A stretch of 64,000 bases of DNA from Hydrolagus affinis (Eukaryota), in assembly GCA_012026655.1 (NCBI GenBank), contig JAAILG010000015.1, positions 1 to 64,000 of the forward strand, read 5' to 3'. Numbering within the stretch: the stretch's first letter is position 1; each line of letters opens with the position of its first letter. Positions 1-9,448 of the stretch are shown piece by piece. A program made the translations under genes and the position numbers. The notes under the pieces were generated by a model, which did no database searches, had not been told where the DNA came from, and worked only from the letters and a program-made list of their open reading frames with translations.

Positions 1-45
1 ATGTGTGTGTTTGTGTGTATATACTGTATACGTATATGAAAGAGT

Positions 46-179
46 NNNNNNNNNNNNNNNNNNNNNNNNNNNNNNNNNNNNNNNNNNNNNNNNNNNNNNN
101 NNNNNNNNNNNNNNNNNNNNNNNNNNNNNNNNNNNNNNNNNNNNNNNNNNNNNNNNNNNNNNNNNNNNNNNNNNNNNNN
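46..179. other. Assembly gap (N run)
   Basis: Run of N characters. Confidence 1.
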
Positions 180-1100
180 AAGCCGGGTTTGAAGAGCTGG
201 GGCAAGAGAAGAAAGCTGTACAAACCAGTGTGTGTACTTTTTTTTTCCTCTAACCCTCCATAAGACTCTCTCCTTTGCCCTGGGAATAGCCAGTCACTGG
301 CTGACTGCAGCCTGTGGGGTTGTGGAGCTGCGGATAATCAGATCACGTTCATTTGATTTTTCTCCCCCCCCCCCCCCCCACCTTGGCTGTATCTCAGGCA
401 CACACACAGAGACAGAAGAGACTGCGAGAGAGAGAGAGAGAGCAAAGCACAATTCCTCTTTCATTTGGGTTCTTTTTCTGTCGCTTTCAAGGAACTGGGA
501 TTTCTTCCATGTGTGTTCTGTGAAGTGGGACGGGGAGGGAGGCAGAGACAGAGGCAGAGTGAGGGTTGGGGGTGGGGTGTGATGTGTGTTTAACAAGTGG
601 AAGTGAGTGGGGGGAGAGAGAGATGGAGAGAGTTTCTGAGGCTAGTGTAGCTCTCAGCATCTTCCCATTAAATGGTTGGGTGGTGGGGGAGAGATGGTTA
701 GATACCAGCAGTTTCTCTATTGCACCCGAAGCAATACTCGCGTAACGTTCCCTTCAAATATTGAAGATTTGCTGTTTACTGTGTGAAACCTGGCAGCCAA
801 ACTACAGCTGTTTTGTGTGTGTGTGTGTGAGTGTGTGTTGCTTTTTCGCATAACGATGGTATTTATCGCCTCTACTGTAATAATTCATTAGATGCCAACA
901 GAATGAAGATCGTGTGGCTCGGTGGTACACTTAAGAGGTGATGCAAGGCTAGACGTGGAGTCGGGCAAGGCTCTTGTTTTTTTTTAAATCAGGTAGAAAT
1001 AAACAGGGCAGCGAAGCCGACACTTACTTTTTTGTTTGAATGTGTGAAGAATGCGCGATGCCTGGGCGCAAAGATCTTTGTTGTTGTTGTTGTCATTTTT
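180..1100 (+). promoter_or_regulatory. Candidate promoter / non-coding first-exon region of LRRC4C
   Basis: Repeat-free, with GA/GT microsatellites, G-tracts and retained CpGs (e.g. 738-748, 846-868, 1052-1068) against a CpG-poor background. Consensus donor AA|GTGAGT at 603. Assignment to LRRC4C is inference. Confidence 0.4.
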
Positions 1101-2613
1101 GTCCCAAGTACCATTTGCAAATCACTGCTCTCTGCTTAGGCGATCATCAGTGTTATTTGGGCAGTGGTGGTTGGTACAGTGTTCCAGACATATCACCACA
1201 TTTCAAGATGCTTCACTAGTTATTATACAGTAGATATATATATATATAATATGCATATAAAGGAGCCTTATTCAACCAACCCCGCCTTCGGCTGCTATTT
1301 GCAGCAATAACAGTCTCTCCTGAACATTGTCAGAGAAAAATCTAAAACTCCACGTTCCTGCCAGACAATAACGATGAGATGCTAATGTATGACTTGACCC
1401 TGATTCTTCTAATGTGAACGTTCGCTTGTCTTCACTGTGCGGTTCCTATGCAGATCTAGAATTAGTACAGTTTTAAGGTTACTTAAGTGTCTTGGAGTCT
1501 GTATTGATGCCGGTTAAAATATTAGATTGCAGCTCCGTTGACTGCTAAATAATCCCAAATTGTGTGTATTCGGTTGCGTTCATTCATTGGAAATTTTTAC
1601 AATTCATAAAGCAGTTCTCTTTTTTAAAAAAATTATGTTAAGATACACACATTCGACAAGACAAACCCCTTGTGTAATATAGTAAATTCTGACTGTACTG
1701 TACAGTAGTTTTGCATTCATTTCCCCCCAGGGTATTAGGTTGGATTTCTTGAATCATTCAGTGTTTAAAATCTTGATTATTGTGTTCGCCGTGTGTGTGT
1801 GACAAGAGTAGCAATGTTTACTTTATAATGAGTACAGTGCTCTGTATTGTATTCTTAACAAACCCTACAGGATCAATATGCACCATTTTGCATGAGTAAA
1901 CAGGATTGCAGTATAAAGGACATGTAGAAGTACAGTGTTGGAATATAATTCTACAGTTTTCTTTTCTCTTCAGGCTTGTATCTGGCAGCACTATTGTACT
2001 CCAGTGTTTCTGATGCATATATTTGAAGATATGCCTTGTGAGATTTTAGTGCCAGATTCGGATTTATAATCACATCCCAATCCAGACTGTTTAAAAGGTG
2101 TGATTAAATTCATTATCACCATAGGGTTAATCTGGCTTGGCTCCATTTTATCTCATTGCCCTCAGTGTTATTAGTTTCAATGCCACAGTCAATCAGGGAA
2201 CCTTCGCTGCTGTAGGTAGGTTAGGTGACTTATTTCAGGAGTTCCTTGGCCTGCTAACTCCAAAGTAAAATACGATTCAGAAAATCCCTTGGGCCGTTTC
2301 TATACAATGGCTATGCACGCCTCCGAATGCCTGGGTCGATCCCAAACTATTCGCAACAGTTCATGGTTTTGTCAAGTTAATTTGGCAGTCACATGATTAA
2401 GGATGATCTGCCTGGTGTTAATGTGATCAATATTATGGATGTGAGTGATTTTCCCCTCCTTCCAGGTTCTTCACAACCAATTGCACCAATTCTAGTTATG
2501 TTAATTTCAATCTTTCTTTTTTTTAAAAAAAAGTTACAAACCTTTCCCACCCGCTTTGTTTAACTGTAGCTGATCTTAATTTCATCCACCATTAGATTTA
2601 AACCCCTTCCCCG

Positions 2614-2877
2614 AAAAAACGCAAAACACTGCAGATGCTGGAAATCTAAAACGAAAGCAGAAATTGCTGGCAACGCTCAGCAGGTCAGGCAGCATCTATG
2701 GAGAAAGGAAAAGTGAGTCAATGTTTCGGGTCCACGACTCTTCGTCAGAACTGAAATCATGTAACCGTTCTGACGAAGGGTGGTGGACCCAAAACGTTGA
2801 CTCGCTTTTCCTTTGTCCATAGATGCTGCCTGACTTGCTGAGTGTTGCCAGTGATTTCTGTTTTTGTTATTAGATTT
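2614..2877. mobile_element. Palindromic Penelope-like-element terminal repeat remnant (inverted pseudo-LTR pair) with minimal hammerhead motifs
   Basis: Arms ~2642-2751 and 2767-2877 are reverse complements around a 15-nt spacer. Each arm contains CTGACGA-stem-(G/A)AAAC. Flanking direct repeat attagatttaa at 2591-2601 and 2869-2879. PLE assignment rests on family knowledge. Confidence 0.72.
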
Positions 2878-3099
2878 AACCCGCCTTGTTAGTAAATTAT
2901 TATTTAAAAAGAAACTCATTTGCAAAAATAACTCTGAGTTTCTAGCCATATCCTGAGTGGAATGCACAAAGCTGAACATCTGTTGTTTCTTATGTTCTGT
3001 TGTAAAGTGAAAATTTAAATGCAACCAAGATTATTTTTAACCATCCGCTTATAAATGAATCCTTTACATAAAAGATTAAGTCAATGATGAGTTGAATTG

Positions 3100-5070
3100 T
3101 ACCTGTAGTGTAAGTAATATTGTAAAACTTTCATCCTGCACACATAATGAGTAGGAATTTGAATTTATGGGCAAAGACTCCCTGTTCCAAAAAGTACATT
3201 GTAAAATCTTCATTGGATATAGGATTAGAGTATGGATGCAGTGAGATAAATATCTTCAATTCAATACTGTCCGAAGGGGCAAACATATTCCACATTGACA
3301 TCCACTCCAGAGACATCAAACCATTGAGTGTTAAGTAAATTACCGAAGCAAACTCTTAGAGATTACTCCCTAGTGAGGATCTCAAATGGTTTAAGATGCT
3401 GAGCCACTCTCATAAACCAAAATTTGCAACTCGACATTTGGACAGTTATTTCCCCCAGTCTTACTCATTATTCTGATCATTATTATTATAATAATCCTTA
3501 AGTTTGATAATATGTCTTTCAACAAGAACTTATCAATAACAGACCACAGTTCCACTCATCTTTTATATGGCATCCTTAAGCACACTGTGATGCTACCCAG
3601 CGTTAAGGGCGCTATATAAATGCGAATTGTTGTTGTAATGTCGTGAGTGTTTTCATGTCAGGAGGACATTTCAAAGTGCTTCACAGGCTAAAGTAATAAA
3701 TTGTTGTGACTATTTTTGTTGACAAACTTAGTTTTACGGTTAGTTGTCTGTTTGTCTGTTGTTGTTTGGCATAGAGATCCTACAGAGTTACAAGACAGAA
3801 ATCATGTAGTTTGTAATACTTGCTGAGATCAGAAGTCAATATATGTAGAGCACCCCAATCTTTCTAGGAGGTCAATGCATCCAAATTTCGTATCAGGCAG
3901 AACGATATGGGGGGAAGATAAAGCCCACACTGATTATTCCATCTGCCCTTGATTTGGCATCCATATTCAGTTCTTTCCTTTTCTAAGGAAATTCTGTTTG
4001 TATGTTTGGAGGCAACACCCCAAATGAGAAGGATCCCAACTACAACAAAATTACATTTGTTTAGCGCCTTTTGCATTGGGAGGATAACAAAATCAATTGA
4101 GGAAGGATTCACCTTGAGTATGGAATTGTGATGTATGGAGTTTAAAGTCATTGGCCTCCATACCATAGAAAATCCAAGAAATATACATAATTCAGTGAGG
4201 TCATGAGCAATTTGGGGAACTTGAATTCTCTGATCTGTACTGAACATCATCCTCCAGTTAAAATGGAAAACTTGAGTGACACACGGGAGTTAAGGATGTT
4301 GCAGGGACAAATTACTATGTATTGAAACTAGTCTGTACAGAAACTGCTGCAAACCAGCTATTAGTGAGCTAAATAATATGAATCGTCCAATTTGTTGAAG
4401 GAGTTCATGACGAGGACTATAGCGCCCTTCACATGTGGTAGCGTTTTGGAGCGCTTTACCCACCAAATTAATTGCAACAGTAAAACCCTTCCGAGTTGGA
4501 CTATAAATAATAGAGGCATTGTGATCTTTTGTTTGCATATTTGATGACCAGTAAATATGTAAGTAAATTCTGGAACCTAGATTCAGTGAGAAAGCCACTT
4601 CTGATGTCAATCAACACACTCCAGTCATTCAATAGAATAATAATCTTCAAAGAATGCCTTGCAATTGGATGGTGACAAATGGAGCGCAACCTTTATCTAA
4701 GAATGAGTGAAAATACAAAGCAAATAATAATGAATAGAGGATCATCTCTCTAGCTGAGAATCCTTCGATACTTGAAATGTTATGTCCTTAGATTCCAATT
4801 CTAGAAAACCTCATTGGGCTGATCAATGGATCCTAATCGTTCAGGTTTATTGTGCATTTAAAGGCATGTACTGGAGTCTAGCTATCACATGAACCAACTT
4901 GGTTCTTCGGTTTCCAGAGAGTTTTTTCAATGATGGATGAAGAATTTTCCTGAAGTGACTGGCAAAACATTAAGTCCTTGTTTAAAGGTGTGTTTACAGT
5001 AGCTGAACAAATGTTGACCATCATGTTCCTACCAGTGCACAAATACAATTGCAATGATATTGCCGAGCCT
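3100..5070 (-). mobile_element. Highly decayed L1/Tx1-type LINE ORF2 (AP endonuclease + RT), interrupted by younger inserts
   Basis: Minus-strand peptide relics occur in the expected order: MVNICSA (~VNIYAP, ~5010), HAFKCTI (~GDFNC, ~4860), FS...SRI...KDHNA (~SDHNA, 4510-4600), LEWMSMW...YSNP (RT, 3220-3315). Many stops and frameshifts. Confidence 0.5.
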
Positions 5071-5643
5071 TTGGTCGGGAGGATATCTCAAAACACTCAA
5101 CATTGTTGGCCATGCATAGAGCTAGAACTAGAAATTGATATCACAGAAGAAGGCTGATCAGTCAAGATCAATTATTTCAGTCCAATTTACCTGACCTTTT
5201 CCCCATATACCTGTAGATGCCTGAAAATGTATTCAAGCGGGTCTACTTGTAGCTGAACTGCCACCAAGGTGACATGACTGGCATTGGAATATAGGAATCT
5301 AGCCAGCCCTCTGTGGTGGTCTCAGTAGTCAGCCTTGAACCAGGCGGATCCGCAGGACTCCAAGGCACTGCTGATGATAGCACAGCCAGCCCGGCTCATC
5401 GGCATAACCTGGAAGGGCAGACCAGTTAATTGGACCAGGGAATCAACCAACTCAGCTCCTGTTAACCCTGCAAGCCCCCAAAGCTCTAACGGGTGATCCT
5501 AGCCGGGAAAGCTAGCAACACAGCAATATCAATGGTAAGCTATGTGGTTTTAACTGATTAGACTCCAGCAGTACCCCAGTGTACATTTTGGACTCCCCAA
5601 GGCTTGGCTGTTGCCAACCAGCACTGAATACTTTCCGAAACTA

Positions 5644-5838
5644 CAGCTAATTGTGCACAGCAGTGTCCCACCAACAGCCGTGGATTGAAACGAACAATTT
5701 AGTGTTGCTTTTTTTTCTAGGGATTATTATTAGGTGTGTGGAGTAAGGAAACTTGCCCAAGGTTTCGCCCTGCCTGGAATTGAACCCGGGTCTCCTGCTT
5801 GTAAAGCAAGTGCTCTCACCACTGAGCTACAAGCCTCC
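5644..5838 (-). mobile_element. tRNA-derived Deu-domain SINE (young family), head + core, no tail
   Basis: Reverse strand reads GTAGCTCAGTGGTGAGAGCAC (A box) ... GGGTTCAATTCC (B box) ... GGGACACTGCTGTGCACAATT. Matches other copies in the window. Confidence 0.85.
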
Positions 5839-7911
5839 GTGACTCCGTATAGGAATTATCTTATAAAATCGAGATATTGGAGCTTTGTATTGAATTCTAG
5901 CCAGAAACAACTTGGATTTATATAGAGGCCTTCACTCGAGTTGGCGTCCTGAAGGGCTTGATGTGGTGGAGACCGGCCTCAGTTTTTGGATTGCAAAAAC
6001 AAGCTCTCAGAGTCTCATTCCTTGACACATGTCAGTCGTTTCAGTGTTCAGTCCAATGTTACGGGAAACTACCAGCAATGATCCTGTGTTTGGGTGGCTT
6101 TACAAGGAGATTGGCTGAGGCCAGGGTTACTCACAGTCAAGCCACTTTTTCTGGACGCTAAACATGAAATGCAGGAAAATAATGAATCTTTGCAAAACTA
6201 CATGTGAAGCTAATGTTGAACCTTATAAGGCTTAGTGACCAAGGATAGTGGGATCATTGTTGAATTTTTGCTTGTTTGAGTAGGACAGCTGTAAATGGAC
6301 CTGGAGAAAGATCTTCTGGGTGGAAAGGAAATACATGAACAAATATGCAGGAGCTTATGCAGTTTCTATTCAATCTTACCTGTTAAGGGTAGCCATTAGA
6401 AATCTTAGCAATGCTGCTTTATATTTACGGCAATTCTAATTTACTGAACTTGACTTGTGGATGCCAGATTTTCTATAGAAATAGCACTTGGACTATTAAT
6501 AAGTGCTAATTAGATTAGTTTCCCATAAATAATGTCTGGGCCAGTAACATTACAGGTTTTTCCCTGACCAGTGTGGTGCATTTACGTGATTGAAATTGGG
6601 TTGATTTCATTTCCAGAGTGGTGTGAAACCTCAGGAGATAGATAGGTAGATCGACTGACTACGCTTTCACTGAGCATTGAGCATAGTAAAACCAGAATTA
6701 TTGTAAACTGGACTCTCTCCCTTTTTTATTTATTAAGGTTTCAAAAGTGCCCTGGATTGGTTCCACAACCTAGCACTAGGCATGTGAGTGCATACACAGT
6801 GCTGCACTTTACCCTAGCGCAGATGCGGAGGAGCTATCTAAATGCAAGTACTAGGTCGACTGGTCATATGACTACAGCACCAAACAATTAATGGGATGTG
6901 GTGGTGTTCCAAGTTGGTTAAAATGTCCGGGTTCCTAAGTGAGGAGAGATGTGATTCTTCACACTATTAATTTTAAATGTAAGACTTTCAATGGCAAGGT
7001 CGGTGGGTGGCTGGGAGGTTGAACCCTTGTAATGAGAGTACTGTGCTAGGTTTGAAGGGACAGCGTGAGTATTTGAAGTGGAAAGATGCCTGTAAGTAGG
7101 AATTGATTTTTCCAGTGCAGAGTTGTAAGATAGACTGTTCTTGCGTCTCAATACGGATGATGATTATTAAGGCTGTGAGAAATGATGAAGGGACTGAGGC
7201 AATTTACTAATTCCTGGAGGAACATAGGGGAAGGAATGAGGTTTGGTAAATAAATGAAGAATCTATAGTAAAAGTAATAGGAAAAAAAATAGAAGCCTCC
7301 TCTCCCCAGGGACATTGTAATGCCAGAGTGGATTCAACTTCTATTCATAGCGATTGTAATTAACATATGAGGTAACTAATTAGTATTGGTCTTTTAATTT
7401 GTCGCCTGTTAACCCTTCAGAGTGTAAGCAGTTTTGTTGGAACTGAAAAAATAGCTGTATGGAATCCAGGTTTTGTGGAATAATTTAGTGTAATTGTGTT
7501 TTGGATTTATTAAGGTGATTTAATTCAATATTGTTTTCAGGTTAATGTTGTTTTGGGCTATTTATCGGTTTCTTTTGCAACAGTCGAAACCTAATCTGAC
7601 TGCCATGAGGTTTTAATTATAGTATTTTCCATTTCCTTGCCCAAGCATGTAAGCAATTGTTTTCTGTGCAAAGATCAGGTAAAATTAAACAATCAAGGGT
7701 CCTATTGCCTTTTAAAATAATGTGGGTGGAACAATTATTAAATCCATTGAAATAAACACAACTTACTTTGCAAAAAAGAAACTCCTGAATGTATGTATTT
7801 CAGTAGCATTTCTTCATCCACATATGGAACATAAGCGTAAGTGACTGTTATCAGAATTAATCTCACAGGATAATACAAAAATAATAATAATCATTTGTTT
7901 ACTCAAACAAC

Positions 7912-8045
7912 AACTGTTTGTAGGACACTTGTGCCACGTTTCGACCATAAAAATAGTCATTTAACTTTACAGTATATTCTGTGAAGCACTTTGAGATGTC
8001 TAGAAGACATGATAAGATGCTACATGAAATGGAAGCATCATTATA
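7912..8045 (+). mobile_element. SINE 3' fragment (young family)
   Basis: ctttacagtatattctgtgaagcactttgagatgtc... tail motif shared with full-length copies. Confidence 0.75.
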
Positions 8046-8502
8046 TTGTTTTAAGTGCAAGTTAAAAATATGGCTGCAATTTAATTGAGAAGATTCAAAT
8101 TTGCATTGCAATCCAAGCAGAATGGTGGACTATTTCACTCACACAAAAGCTCTAAACTCTGAGGTTACATTGCAGCTTTTTGTAATTCAGAATTGTAACT
8201 ATATAAAGTATCCTATTAATTCCATTGTAATTGCAGTAATGTGTGATTCTCATCCCTAAAGCAAAATTACAGGGACAAACATAACTTAAAAACAGGACAT
8301 GTAATTATATCGGTTCTGGACCACTTTAATTGGAAACTTTACAAATAAGACAAATCTTTATTGTAAAAGATTACAATAACTTCCTTTAACAATACAAGGG
8401 AAATCATTCTGTACAGATACCCAATTGGCTCGTTAGTTAAAAACTGGTTCAAATCATAAAAATTCCAGGTTTACTGTTGTCACCTCCCAACCAAGATATC
8501 TT

Positions 8503-8640
8503 TATCCATGACTTGCAAGCAGAGCACTGCTGTGTGCAATTGGTTGAAGCATTTTGCCCACAAAATATACTGTCAGTTCACTTTACAGTATATTCTGTGA
8601 CATGCTTTGAGACGTTTTGAAGATGTGAAAGGTCACTAAT
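8503..8640 (+). mobile_element. SINE 3' half (young family), tail interrupted by the next copy
   Basis: Deu core cactgctgtgtgcaattgg plus tail. The rest of the tail (tcaaatacaagaattattatt) resumes at ~8970-8990. Confidence 0.8.
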
Positions 8641-8962
8641 AAAAATAATGTTTGCATTTGATATAGCGCTTTTCACACCTTATCGACGTCCCAAAGCACT
8701 TCACAGAATGTTCTATGAAGTGAATTGCCTGTATATTTGTGGGTGAATCGCGGCAGCCAATTGCGCACAGCAGTGTCCCACAAATAGTCATGGATTGAAA
8801 TAACCAATTTTATTATTGTGGTTTTTTGGGATGGATTAATATTAGGCGTGTGGAGTAAGGAAACTTGCCCAAGGTTTCGCCCTGACCTGCCTGGATTCGA
8901 ACACAGGTCTCCCCAGCTTGCAAGACAAGTTAGTGCTCTAACCACTAAGCCACAGGAGCTCC
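8641..8962 (-). mobile_element. Full-length tRNA-derived Deu-domain SINE (young family)
   Basis: Reverse strand: GGAGCTCCTGTGGCTTAGTGGTTAGAGCAC ... GTTCGAATCC ... Deu core ... GTGAAAAGCGCTATATCAAATGCAA and an AT-rich tail. Flanked by an actaat direct repeat. Confidence 0.92.
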
Positions 8963-9204
8963 AACTAATTCAAATACAAGAATTATTATTCTAACCTCTA
9001 ATGTCCAATGTGAATCACATGTTTGAAGCTGTTCAAAAAGATCCTTGCTGTGGAAATCTCTCGGAGGGTGATGTCGCTTTCAATGTTCACAACTTCTTAG
9101 CAATGGGGAACATTGCATTGATTTCACTTTTAACAAGCACGCTTTTGGTTTGGGGCCTGTGTAAGATGTCTTATGGATGATAAAATCATTTATTATCCAT
9201 AAGA

Positions 9205-9448
9205 CAGCACCTTTCGTGTCAGGATGATGCCTCGAACTGCTTCACAGTTCACAGAGTGTATTGTAAAGTGCAGTGACTGTGTATGTACTGTATAGGCAAA
9301 TAAGTCCACCGATTTTCAACCATGCTGAGCAAACAGTCATGTTCCCAATGATCAATTTTAATTTGCGGAATGTTGGCCAACACACCAAGAGAAACTCCCT
9401 TATCCTTGTGAATAGTACCACAACATATTCAGCCTCCTTTTGAACAGG
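9205..9448 (-). mobile_element. Older long Deu-domain SINE (SacSINE1/AmnSINE1-like) fragment
   Basis: Reverse strand contains GGTACTATTCAC..GGGAGTTTCTCTTGGTGTGTTGGCCAACATT and a degenerate tail, similar to 22888-23270. Confidence 0.6.

Noticed and set aside
903-941. MKIVW... resembling the LRRC4 N-terminus MKLLW
   Set aside because: It stops after 12 codons, and a five-residue resemblance is compatible with chance.
6918-7200. Possible GIY-YIG C-terminal relic on the minus strand (HLGTR)
   Set aside because: Similarity is too weak to call by eye.
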